Below are positions 26,570-39,239 of a DNA stretch of 64,000 bases, piece by piece (the stretch's first letter is position 1; every line of letters starts with the position of its first letter). The notes under the pieces were generated by a model, which had not been told where the DNA came from, searched no databases, and saw only the letters and a program-made list of their open reading frames with translations. A program made the position numbers and the translations under genes. The stretch is from assembly GCF_009914755.1 (NCBI RefSeq), contig NC_060925.1. The stretch is one strand, 5' to 3'. This DNA comes from the human T2T-CHM13v2.0 reference genome, Homo sapiens.

Positions 26570-26859
26570 TAGACAAGGAGAGACAAGCAGGAAGGCCAGT
26601 AGCAGAGAAGAGAAAGAGGTCCTTGGGGAGGCCACGCTGTTGGGTGCTTCTGGTTCACTCATGCATGGCAGGGCGGCGCTGCGGAGACGGGGCAGCTCCC
26701 CGGCCCTCTGCTGCCCTACTAGGTCTGCAGTTACTTGCTGTTCAGAGGCTGCTTTTCCTTAGAGGCTCTTTTCCCCACTAAGCTGAAGGGCTACTTCAGA
26801 ATGAGCCCACAGACCCAAAAACATAAAGCTGAATTAAACGGTTCATCGGGGGAAAGGGG

Positions 26860-27800
26860 TGGAGATAAAGGTTTAGATATGAGGTAGAGAGGTAGGGAAG
26901 GGGTCAGATCAAAGAATGAATTTGATCCTGCATGGGCAACATGGAGACATGGGGAGATTTTAAGTATAATCTCTATGTTTTTCAAATATTTACGTGGAAA
27001 ATACACTTGCAGGTGGGAGGGACTGAAGGCGGAAGGTGTTAGGTAGATGTTTCAACAATCCAGAAAGAGATGACACGAATCTGAATAAGGCCGTGCCTTA
27101 GCAACAGTGAGAGAGGAAGAGAGAGACTGAAGAGAAAAGGAACAATTCAAGAGAGTGTAACAAGATGATAACCTGGGAGTAAGTCTGTGGAGAGTAGAGG
27201 ATTCCAGGACAACGGCCATGCATCTGGCTTCAGTGGCTGAGTGCATGGCGAAGCCTTCCGGTGAGATGGGGAATGTAGAAAGGTGTTTAGGAAAGGGACG
27301 TTCACTTTTGGACATGCTAATATAAGATGTCTGCAGAGAATCCAGGTACAGTTACCCCTAGGAAGCGGGAAATATGAAACTAGACCCAGAAGACAAGTGA
27401 AAGTGAGAAGTGTCGACTTGGAAGTCAACGCCACGCAGGTGGAATCTGAAGATATGCGACAGAGGAAATCACCCAATCCAACGGGGCCCAAGAATCTCAG
27501 GGGCAAAGCGGAGAAGTAAAGGAGGGCACGGAAACGAAAGGAGAGTGTTCCCAGGAGGAGGAAGGAAGGGACAGGTGGTGTGGAACTCAACAATGGCATC
27601 AATGGGGAAGAGACTCAAAGGAGGTCAATGGATTTGAAATCAGGGGCTCACTGATGACATCAGAGAGAGCGTGCTTTGGGGAGTGATAACTCCTATTGTG
27701 GGAGTTAAGAGAAAACAAACAGGGTCATTAAGTGTGCAGACGACTCAAGGGGTTTCACAGATTAAACAGGAAACAATGGTTAGAGGCAAGAGCTGAGCTG
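26860..27800 (-). mobile_element. L2 fragment
   Basis: Purine-rich tract with L2 motifs: aatccagaaagagatga, gttcacttttggacatgcta, tggatttga...tcactgatgac. Confidence 0.65.
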
Positions 27801-29434
27801 GAAAAAGAGTTTGTTTCTTATAACGGGAAAGTGTGGGCACGTTTATGCCACAGGGAAGGAGTCAGTGGACACGGAAAGGCAGACCCCAACAGATGGGGCA
27901 GCAAGGGGGGCGAGGTCCACGAGGAGGCAGAGGGTAGGGTCAAGAGCACAGGTGGTAGAAGCGGGTGGTGGGGACTCGGCTTTGGCAAGGAGGTCCCCAT
28001 TTCCTCTAACAGGAAGAGACAGAATGGGTGCAGATAGAGTTGCATCTGGAAGTCAGCAGGGTGGGAAGTTGAGATGGGCTTTATGTCTGATGGACTCTTT
28101 TTCCCTATCTACTGAAATCAAGAGACAGCAGAGGCTTAGGAGGATGGAGCAGTAGTGAGGGTCTGGGAGTGCTATAGAGAATGGGTAAAAAGGGGCCAGC
28201 TGAGGACAACTTGGCAAGGAGGAAGCCCAGCTGAGGGAAGGCCAGAAGCAGCCCCAGCACCTGTCTGCAGGATCCTGTGACTTTCACAGCCCCATTGCAT
28301 TACAGGGGCCTGAACTGCAGGAATATACTGTTGATGTCATCAGCAGTTGGAGGGTTGGAGAGGGACAACGCAGGGATGGCAGGAAGAGGGCGTTGAGCTT
28401 GTGAGTGTAAACAAACATGGGTTCCGGCAGAGAAAGAAGGGAAGCTGCCTATGCTAAGATTTTCAAAAGAGTAATGCCCCTTTTCTCCAACTACAGTTTA
28501 GCCCATGAAACCAATTTGTATTTGTTTGGCCTCCAGGAAGAGCAGTGTTATTTCTTTAATCTAGGTTTCATGTTAACACATCTGAGAACCGCTTGCCCAT
28601 CTCCCCATTTCCATTTTCAGTGCAGCTGTAATCTTGATAATGAGGGCACGGTAGTCATTAAACTATTGGAAACTATGAGTCTGAAAATGCTTGACAGTCG
28701 CTTAGGTTCCCATTTGCTTTATGCATTTCTAGTCTGTACAAGGTTCACGTTCTAGAACAACATCTGAGCACACTGCTCACAAACAGCTGATAAGCATTTC
28801 CCAATAGGACTAGATGACCTACCTCATAGGGTGGGCCTAAGGGCTAAATGAGATAATATGCAAAGTGCTGTGCATAGCAACTGGCTCGCAGTAACCGCTA
28901 AATGCACATGAGCTGTGCTGTTACAGAAGAGATGGGGAGTAGGCAGCAGAACACTGCGATGGAGACGAAGAGTGTAAGAGGACAACGCTGAGTAACCGAG
29001 GTGATGAGAAACGCTTCAGTGCTCTCTGAGCAACGAGAAAGCATGGAAGAGACAGAGTCGCTGCTTCAAGCGTGTGAGAAACATCAAGAGATCACAGAAA
29101 GCTACTCAATTCTTAGGGTTTTTCCTTTCTCCCCAAAGAAGTTATTCTTCATCAGGAGAGAGCAGAATAGGAATCTTAGAAAAGTTCCCATCTTTAATTC
29201 CAGCTGAACTATATTCCAGGACAGTGAAAGAACTTGGAAAATATGGTCATGAAACTATTCTTACTCCACTCTGAAGAACTGAGAGAAAGGGAATGGCAGC
29301 AGAAGACCAGAGTGGCGGCAAATATGGTCTCAAGAAAATAAAAATAAAACTCTGTAATGGAAGTCTTCAAGCAAATAAGTCAATGTCTATCTTTGACCAA
29401 TGCTTATTAAGAATTTTAAAACATGGTGTACCCT

Positions 29435-29685
29435 AGAGACAGCACAGGTGCGTTGCTGTACACACCAGAGATAGCACAGGTGCGTTGCTGTACACACCAG
29501 AGATAGCACAGGTGCGTTGCTGTACACACCAGAGATAGCACAGGTGCGTTGCTGTACACACCAGAGATAGCACAGGTGCGTTGCTGTACACGCCAGAGAT
29601 AGCACAGGTGCGTTGCTGTACACGCCAGAGATAGCACAGGTGCGTTGCTGTACACACTAGAGATAGCACAGTTGCCATGCACACC
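29435..29685. repeat. 32-bp minisatellite (VNTR): 7 full units plus a degenerate 8th
   Basis: Unit agagatagcacaggtgcgttgctgtacacacc starts at 29435, 29467, 29499, 29531, 29563, 29595, 29627 and 29659. Confidence 0.97.
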
Positions 29686-30034
29686 GCTGCTGTCTCTAGT
29701 GAATGCTGTTCTTGCAGCTGCAGCACCAAGAACAAATCCTGCCAATCTGAACTCATTTAATTCCATGGAGATTATACAAGTATATGGGGCAAATATTATT
29801 AAAACCATATTGTTCGATTTCAACCAGGATTTGTTAATATCTTCATAATATTCTGGGGGTAAGATAAGGCTATCTGGTTAGGATGAGAAAGTATATATAG
29901 GTTCCTGGCTGGCTGGCTGAACAACCAACTATATCTTAGGATTAACTGATGTCAGCCTTGAATCACTCCTTGGTAGGAACCATTTTCCTTATTTTATAGA
30001 TATAGGTGAGTTTCAGAGATGGCCAACTGCAGGC

Positions 30035-30282
30035 CAAATAACAACAACAACATTTACTGAGGGTTTATTGTGCTAATTACTTTAAACACTGTATCTTATT
30101 TAATCATTTCAACGAAGTATCAGGTAAAAACCAGTCCAATCCTTATAGAAGACAAGACTGCAGCTGAGAAAGACAGGTTAACCTCCTCAAGTTCAAGTAG
30201 CTACAAAGTGGTGGAGAAGGACTTGAACTCCCAGTTGTATAATTCAGAAACCTGAGTGCTCTCTGCTACACCACACTGCCTC
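30035..30282 (-). mobile_element. MIR
   Basis: aacatttactgagggtttattgtgc...tcttatttaatc...ggacttgaactcccag...ccacactgcctc. Confidence 0.7.
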
Positions 30283-31087
30283 AAATATTCAAGTACTTGA
30301 AGACTGGTAGGTGGGATAAGAAACCTATTTGCTCTTTATTGTTCCAAGGGGCAGAACTAAGACCCTGATGTAAGTGGAAAGAGGCAGCTTTTAGTTCATG
30401 AGATTAATTAACTTTACAATCACAGTTGCCCAAGAGTGGAACATTGTGCTCAAAAAGAGTGTGCTGAGATCAGCACTAAAAAAGTTCACACTGAGTACGG
30501 ATACCCACCCAGGGCACACACTGTCCAGGAGATACTTGCCCTGGGTTAGGCGGGCCTCTAAGGGCCCTTCCCATCCTGGGCTTATAGGCCCCTATGAAAT
30601 GATTCTTCTACATTTGTTCATTATAAAAATATACAGATCTCCAACAGGATAATGGGGATATTCATGCTTTTGACCAGATTAGAAAACTCACATATCTAAG
30701 TATACCACCAAACCAACACTGTGTTACTCAAGTCTGGTTTCATCAACTCTGGAATGTGTGCATTCTTGGAGGAGGAAAGAACACCAGGGGCATGAACTGC
30801 AAGCAGAAAGGAATCTGTCATGATGATAACTGGAAATATATATCCTGTCTTTCCAACGGGTGGTTTACATGTGAGTTTGTAGGTCTTGGTATGGGGAAGT
30901 AAGGTAGGCCATACTCAGTATTACAAAGTGTTGGAGGAAGAGAGGGCAAGAATATCCCTTCCTGATAGCCCATTGTTTAAACTACCATGAAATTGTTTTA
31001 TGAGTAAAAGTCATTTTGAAGCATCAGGTAATAGAGATTTTTGGCATGTCCTATAGAGCTTAACTCCATGCTAGGCAAATAACAGTA

Positions 31088-31750
31088 TTTATTCACATAT
31101 TCACTTGCGCAACACAAATTTATTAGGCACTGTATTGGGCACTGAGGACAAAATACAGAACAAGACTGATAGGGTCATTAGTACTTTCCTAACAAGTAAG
31201 CAAATACACAGCAAATATAAAAATGATACGTAACGTTTGCTAGTGCAATCATGGAAATAAAGGCATTGCAGAAAATAATGAGGAGAGCAGCACCTGATTT
31301 TCATAGGGTAGTCAAGGATCTCTCCCCAAGGAGGTAAGGTTGAAGCCACGAGCTGAAGAATGATGATGAGCTAGGCAAGCACAAAGCTACAGGAAGATGA
31401 TTTTGGACAGAGGGAAGCCTAGTGCAAAGGCCCCAGGACAAGAAAGAGCTCGGCATATTCCAGCCGTGAGCCTGAGCCAAGACTGGTAGGGTGAACAGGA
31501 GCCAGGCCGCACAGGGGCCTGCTGGTCTTGTTGGGGAAGCTGGATCTCCCCTCCAAGAAAGTGGGAAGTTGCTCAAGAGCTACCTTCTGAAAACATTCTC
31601 TGGCTTTTGCGAGAAAACTAAATTCCAAGACAACAGGGTGGAAACAGGCAGACCACTTAGGGAGGCTCTTGCAGTAGTGTAAACAACAGAGAAGGGTGCT
31701 GAAGAAACACTCACAGGATTATACATGTTGCTGGAAGGGGAGAGAGGCAA
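31088..31750 (-). mobile_element. L2 3' end
   Basis: ttattcacatattcac...taggcactgtattgggcactgaggaca...gcaaaggccccagg...ttagggaggct.ttgcagtagt. Confidence 0.7.
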
Positions 31751-33780
31751 GAAGTGACAACTGACCTCTGTCAATCGTGAGGTCTTGACTTAACCTCATT
31801 CTGGCACGCTGCTTGGGAAACACTAGCTAGGTTTATTAACCCAACTGTGGTTGCCACCAACAGCAGCTGCTAAACCTTCTTCTGGTTTTCAACAAAAATC
31901 CCCCATATATCTTATGTATTCGCAGCTCCCTAAGTCATCAAACCTTCATCTCATCTGAAAAGAGAGCCTATCTGTGGCTTGAATCACTACAATGAGCCAA
32001 AAATCAATTTATAATTTTGGGTAATAGTTCTAAATCTATTTTCAATCATGTGGGGGTGAGGGGTGTTGAGAGGAAAAAGCGAATGAAGTTTGAGAAACTA
32101 GCAATGAAGTCTCTCAGTCAACAATTTAATGACTACAAAATAAATAAATAAATGCACTAGTGTACCCTTGGGTCCCAGTTCTTATTCAGTTACACATCTG
32201 TTCTGCAATAGAATGAGGGAGTTAATTACTTTTCTATGACATGTATGTATTTTGTGAGACACCACATTGCACCAGTTAATAATGATCTACCTTCTGTTGA
32301 CACAAAACGTTTAAATTAATAAAAAAATCTAAATGATATATCACATAGCAAAGCATACTTCACTGAAAGGCTGGATGGCAGGAGTAGTAATTTTCCTGGG
32401 TAGAAATAATTGAGATGAGCTTATGGTAGCATGAAAAGCTCAATCAATAAAGAGACTTATATGGGCAAACTGTTTTCAAGAGTACACTCTTTTTAGAAAG
32501 GGTAGGCTGTGCTTCGCTAATAGCTAATGTAGCAGCACTGTGATTGTTAGAGAAAGAAACTGAGACTGATACCCAGTAATTGCCCATAATTGACAATATT
32601 AGCAATTTTCCATTTGAATCTGTCTGTTCAATCTTTAGGGTCAGAAAAGACAAATGTGAAAAGGGTAAAAACAATCCCTTGAAGCTCTATTAATACTAAA
32701 AAAAATCTTTGTGCTCTTCACTGAGTGTACCCTTGTAACTAGATACTAAACCAACTGCATTATGGAAACAGCCTATTTTTTCCAAACTGTATAAGCAATA
32801 TTAAATGACCTTGGAAAAATCGAGATAATATGTAAAGTAGACTCCCAGCACAAAGACGGAAGACATACTCTAAATAAACTTGACAAGAGTGCCTTGTTCA
32901 AGTCTCAAAACCACCCAAGGAAAAGTCTGAAACCCACAACATCCTGTAATTATTTTGCTATTTTCCACTTATTTTGGGTTAAAAAACAAAAGTCTACCAC
33001 TTTTCTTTCATTTTTAAATTTATTCTCACTTCTTTCTTAAAAACTAGGGGAAAAAAACCCCAAAACATCAGGACTGGAGTAAAGAAGTTTATTTCCTGTA
33101 TAATAATTTCTTTCTTTTGGGGTGCCGACGCTAAAAGACTATTACTTCTTTCTGACCATTCAAGCCCCTGCTCTTCACTGTCCTTCATGGTTTAAAGCAG
33201 CCTTTACCCATGCTGGCCCACAGAGTATCATGAAAGGTCCATGGACCTGACACTGTAAAAATTTAGGTACAAATCTAGCGAGATGAATCCTTTTCTAATT
33301 CTTGCCTATTTTTGGCTTTTCAGGGAGCTTCATATACTAGGGACTTCTTCTAGGCTATTGAGTACATAGTAGGTATTTAGTAAATGCTGGTTGTCACGGG
33401 AAGCAACAGATAAAGGTGAAAATGGCCAAAACCCAGAGTGGGTGATGTAAAAAAGAAAAATTGTCCAATTTTATAAAGTTTCATGATTTTTTTTCCTTTA
33501 GCGGTAGGATGTCTAATATTTCTATTTAATCTCAAATATTAAATTTATACAGGGATATCCAGGTCAGAGGATTCCAGAACTTGAGGATTAGGAAGCTTTT
33601 TAGCAATGCAGAGATCAGACAGATGAAAAAGACTGTTCTTAGAAGACCTGTACAAAACAAATGCCACCATATCTTCTTAAAAAAGCCCAAAAGGTCAGTA
33701 CATCGAATCCAAATACCTATAGCTGAAGTCTATTTCTCCCAATCTTAGTGAGGACTGAAAACTATAGGTCTCCCTGACCG

Positions 33781-35135
33781 TGATGCAGCATGGTTGTCTG
33801 GGGTAAATACCCGAGGTTCATTGTCTCATGCCAGGGTAATCGAGGATGCAGACACACAAAGTGATTTTGAGAACGGAGGTTTAATGGGCAAAAGAAAGAG
33901 AAAAGAGAATAAGCTCTCTCTTCTGCAGGGACAGAGAGGAACCGGAGTGGTCCTTCCGGTTTTGTGGTGAAATGCACAGGGGTTTTTATAGACAAGCTTG
34001 AGGAGGCAGTGTCTGATTTACATAGGGCCTGAGAGATTGGGTGGACCAGGTGTGATGTTTGCATAGCACCTGAAGAAGCTGGCCATCCCACCCTAATCTT
34101 TTATTATGCAGGTATCTATCTGGGAGGTAGCCATGTTGTCTGTTCCTTACTGTACACGTGATTGACAAAAGGGAAGATGGTGCCACTGAGAGGTAAAGCC
34201 AGCAGGACTTTCTGGGTTGAGTGGGGACTTGGAGAACTTTTCTGTCTAGCTAGAGGATTGTAAATGCACCAATCAGCACTCTGTAAAAACGCACGAATCA
34301 GCGCTCTGTGTCTAGCTAAAGGATTGTAAATGGACCAATCAGCACTCTGTAAAATGGACCAATCAGCACTCTGTAAAATGGCCCAATCAGCTCTCTGTAA
34401 AATGGCCCAATCAGCAGGATGTGGGCAGGGCCAAATAAGGGAATAAAAGCTAGCCACCTGAGCCAACAGCGGCAACCCACTCGGGTCCCCTTCCACGCTG
34501 TGGAAGCTTTGTTCTTTTGCTCTTCACAATAAATCTTGCTGCTGCTCACTCTTTGGGTCTGCACTACCTTTATGAGCTGTAACACTCAATGCGAAGGTCT
34601 GCGGCTTCACTCCTGAAGTCAGCGAGATCACACACCCACTGGGAAGAACAAACAACTCTGTGCGCGCCACCTTTAAGAGCTGTAACATTCACTGTGAAGG
34701 TCTGCGGCTTCACTCCTGAAGTCAGCAAGACCATGAACCCACCGGAAGGAAGAAACTCTGGACACATCTGAACATCTGAAGGAATAAACTCCAGACACAC
34801 CATCTTTAAGAACTGTAACACTCACCATGAGGGTCTGCAGCTTCATTCTTGAAGTCAGTGAGACCAAGAACCCACCGGAAGGAACCAATTCCGGACACAC
34901 CACCATGTTGAACATGCCTGGCCCCCAGGTAGCCTTTTCTTATTGGCACAGCTGCCAGCATTCACCCCTGCAAGCTTCCAGCTTGCTTGTCTATGTCTGT
35001 GACTCGATTTTACAGGCTGTTCTTTGTTAGAAAAGATGTCATTTGGGGACTGCTTTTCATTAAAGGGAAAACCTTACCGAGGACTTCCTTACCCTCACTA
35101 TCTGCCCAACTAATTTCTTTTTAACTCCTATATCA
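33781..35135 (-). mobile_element. ERV1 MER4-group solo LTR (MER50-like), split by an LTR12 insertion
   Basis: The minus strand begins TGATATAGGAGTTAAAAAGAAATT and ends ...GCTGCATCA. The 4-bp TSD is accg/acca. The subfamily name is from memory. Confidence 0.7.
34187..34899 (+). mobile_element. LTR12 (HERV9) solo LTR
   Basis: TGAGAGG...GGACACA with tandem ccaatcagcactctgtaaaa (NF-Y) repeats, an aataaaag TATA-like box and repeated tgtaacactcac U5 units. The TSD CCAC is perfect. Confidence 0.95.
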
Positions 35136-36571
35136 ACCAGATAAGGCCCCCCCTTTCTCCTGCAGGCTGAAGAGTTTGTATGCCCTTAGTCTTTCTTTAA
35201 AGTCTTACTTTTCTACAGTGTTTCTCTATTAGAGGTTCTCTCTGTCCCTTTTTAAGTTATGGGGCCACTATATAGTTATGGGGCAGCTGCATAAAAACGT
35301 TCATGGTCTTTTCTTGAGCTGAAAGACAATGATATAAAATTAAGGAGGTTAGTATCCACAATTTTTACAATGATTTTAACTGACCTTATTCATAACATGA
35401 AGTAGTTGTAAAAAGTAGATATTCATTTAATATGATGTCAAACTAAGGTAATTTTCCTCATCCTCTGAGGCTGCTTGTTACTCCCATTGGAGTACTCACC
35501 CATGTTGAACGCAACCTAATTGTTCAGAAATAATTAACATGTTTTTATTTCAGTTGTAGAAAACATAATTTATTAATTGGCTGCTACTTTATGTGTTCCA
35601 TTTTAAAAGGCACAATAAATAAGAAATTAGCATAAGAAGGTATTGAAAAAATGCCAAGATTGACTAAATTCTGAGAAAAGCAAGATAATTCCAAATTAAG
35701 GATGAGTAAATTTATTACATAAAGGAGTTTAATGACAAATGTGGAGACAACTGTTTTATGGGCCTTTAGCTACAGCTTTCCAATTTTAATGTTATAGACA
35801 GGAAAGCATTATCAACGCTTTCATAATTCCAGGATTCTAATTTACATATCAAAACAAGAGAAAGAGAAAGCCCACATCTCTCCTTACTTATTAGAGTTCT
35901 CGGGGTCTGAAAATGGCTTGTCAACAAAGGTTGAAAGAAGAGGAAGCAGAAGATATGCTGATGGCTGCAACTGAAGCAATACAATATCCTAATTACTGGG
36001 AAGTACAGCTAGTTTAGAGACCATCACACCCTCGCCTCAGCAATTAATACCCAGTACAATTGGTAAACGTTCTAATCTTTAATTGAAGCACCCAGAAACA
36101 GCCTGTAAGCAGATGAGTATTTGAAACAAACCGTTTGCCATATCCCCAGGTATTAATCGAACCCAAAAGCATCTCATTCTTTGTGGGGGAGGAAGAAAGC
36201 TGCCATCATAGATATGCATAAGCAGCTCTCTACAAGCTCTTCTTCTGGGTGTAATGATGTGAAAACCATGCTAATTTCCTTGCCTGATATTTGAATTTTT
36301 TATTCTTCATGCAATCATTTCTGACTTCTTGGTTCTACACACACTCACGTTTTTCTGGCTATTGCGGGTCGAAAGGCCACCCTCACTGTTCTAACAATGA
36401 CTTCCCATCCCTCCATGATGAAAATGCAAACCCTCTGCCCAGCATAGACCATCCCTCGCCACCCACTGCTGGCCTTACCAGCCTTTATCCTCCAGCAATA
36501 CTAAACCATTAGCTGTTCCCTGATGCGCCATATTCTCTCAAGCCTCTGGGACATTTCACAGGGTGTGTCCC

Positions 36572-37118
36572 TGTCAGAAGCATGTGAACCAGAGCAACTC
36601 CATCTTGAATAGGGGCCTGGTAAAATGAGGCTAAGACCTACTGGGTGGCATTCCCAGATGGTTAAGGCATTCTAAGTCACAGGATGAGATAGGAAGTTAC
36701 CACAAGTAACAGGTCATAAAGACCTTGCTGATAAAACAGGTTGCAGTAAAGGAGCCGGCCAAATCCTACCAAAACCGAGATGGCCATGAGAGTGACCTCT
36801 AGTCATCCTCACTGCTATACTCCCACCAGCACCATGACAGTTTACAAATGCCATGGCAACGTCAGGAAGTTACCCTATATGGTCTAAAAAGGGGAGGCAT
36901 GAATAATCCACCCCTCGTTTAGCATATCATCAAGAAATAACCATAAAAATGGGTAACCCGCAGCCCTTGGGGCTGCTGTGTGTGGAGGAGTCATTCTTTA
37001 TTCCTCCACCTTCTTAATAAACTTGCTTTCACTTTTTGGACTCGCCCTGAATTCTTTCTTGTGTGAGATCCAAGAACCTTCTCTTGGGGTCTGGATTGGG
37101 ACCCCTTTTCCAGTAACA
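36572..37118 (+). mobile_element. MER41A solo LTR (ERV1)
   Basis: TGTCAGAAGCATGTGAACCAGAGCAACTCCATCTTGAATAGG...CCAGTAACA, 547 bp, with a perfect TSD TCCC. Confidence 0.9.
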
Positions 37119-38558
37119 TCCCCAGACTGAATCTCTTTGAAACCATCTCAATGAAAATTCCTATACAACCTGTACATCTCAGGTCAATGTCTCCTGTGAA
37201 GTCTTTCTAGACTGACCAGGGATTTTTTTTCTCTTTCATTGCCACTATACTTCAAACAGGCTTCCAGTAAAATCACTGCCACACCAAATTAAACTGTGTC
37301 TGGGTATCTATCTCCACATTAGAATGGAAGCCACCTACAGGAAGGGGACATCTTTCAATCTCAGGATTCCCATGGTTGGCCTATGATATATGTCTCACAT
37401 CATGAAATACTTGAGGAAGAAAGAAAGGGACAAAAGGAGAGAAACAGGGAGGGAGGGAGAGATTCAAGCAGGTTTGCTGAAAGACTGGAGATGAAAATGG
37501 TAATTATGGGTGAGTAATAAGCAAAAAAAAGGAGACTTAAGTCTATTTAAGCCCTAAGCAATATAAGACGCCTTATTTCCAGAGAGTTAATGTTCAAGCT
37601 ATAAACAGAAAAGACTTATTCCTAATTCTAGTCCTTGTTGGGGTGAGTCAGGGCTCCCTGGACTCTCCACAGTAGCTAATGCTTCAGTCTCTTCTTACAT
37701 GATAGACCTGTCATGGAGTCTCACCCAAGTGGGTTGTAAAAGCACTGGCCAATGTCAGTCTAGGGTCTTAAATGGACACTTAAATATACTAAATTATTCA
37801 GTAGTAAAGCCAACCCAAAATATCTATTTTTCCTGTTTATATTTCTAGAATTCTACCATCTAAAGGGCTTGAGAAATTGGACAAAGATAGTATGTTAAGT
37901 ATTTGAAAATGAATACATAAATGGAAGTGATCTCTCAAGAAAAATAATGTAAATAAATAAATAGGCCTAAAAGTTCCCTCTTGATGTTATTTTACCTTTA
38001 TTCACCTTTTAACCTTGCTTCCACAACCAAGGGCAGTACCCACAGTGCTTTATCAAAAGAGCACTGCCCCAGAATTATGATACTTGTATTTTCTGGGCCG
38101 GATTGTCCAGCGTCACTCTATTTGTGAGTGACACAAGTCATTTCTCCTCTCTGCAAAATGCTGATATTGACCTAGATGCCTAATGTTTCTTCTAGCTATT
38201 CAAATTTAACTGACTTTCTGACAAACCACTTAGCTTGTGTGATATTCGATGGATCTAAGTACAAAGTATGCTCTCTCACGTCTACCTTTTAAGCTCTGAA
38301 GGTATGCAATCAATAACATGCAGAAAGAGCCCAATCTGAGTGTCATTTCAGCAGGTTTTAAAGACAGAGTGAAGAAATGCATGTGTTCTACATCAACCAT
38401 GTCTACCTGAAGCCCAACAGCAACTTCTCAGAGCAGGGAAAGAGAAAGTGGAACCACATTTGGTCACCTACCATCCCTAATACACGGAGCTGCATTACAT
38501 ACTCCCTGTAGCTTACCAATGCCACCAATTCCCCAGCTTCATTCTTCCAAGGATGCAA

Positions 38559-38577
38559 TGTCACTAGAGGGCGCAGT
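38559..38577 (+). promoter_or_regulatory. Candidate CTCF site
   Basis: TGTCACTAGAGGGCGCAG matches CCACNAGRGGGCGC at 13/14 positions, and the CpG is retained. Confidence 0.45.
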
Positions 38578-39239
38578 TAATGACTATATAAATAGTGAGC
38601 CCCAAGATAGTTATTGTGAAATTTAACCTCTTTCCATATCCCAACAGTGAGCTGTTAGTGGAACTTTGTGTGGCAGAGACCTATAGAACTCCAAAGTTAG
38701 GTAAGGTCAAACATGTCATGTTTTAAAGGCTTTGAGCATGTACTATGGACCAAAAGCATAAGCCTTCAAGTTCACTGTTGAGCCCGATTAACAGATAAGG
38801 GGAAAATGTACTTTTTGAGAAAAATAAATAGGTTATTTTTGCATGGCACCATGTTCTCTTAATTTCTATAGAGAGTGAGATAACAGAAGTGACTAGAATA
38901 CCTTTTTCTCCTTCTAGGACATCCTTCCCATTGACACTGGAGGGGCCAACTACATGTTTTAATCAGAGCCCACAGCTGCCCACACCCACTGCAGAGTGAG
39001 CTACTCTCCACCAACCCTGCAGCCCTGAAGTTTCTGTGACCACTGAAGAGGCCTGTTTTCAGACTTAGGGTCAAAGTGTGGGTGACCTCCAACACCTACT
39101 GTAATGAAGGAATAAATGTCAATAGAAGCCTTGTCTGGTCTCTGTCCCATGGCATTTTATTATTTGTTTCATTGTGAGATTCCAAATGTGGTCTTACTCA
39201 GAAAAGAACAATAATTCTTACATGGCAAATTCTGAAAGA

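Noticed and set aside
29387-29823. Three overlapping Cys-rich minus-strand ORFs with a 32-aa period; the array superficially resembles CRISPR
   Set aside because: These result from a stop-free 32-bp unit cycling through the reading frames. There are no unique spacers or cas genes, and the DNA is a primate intron.
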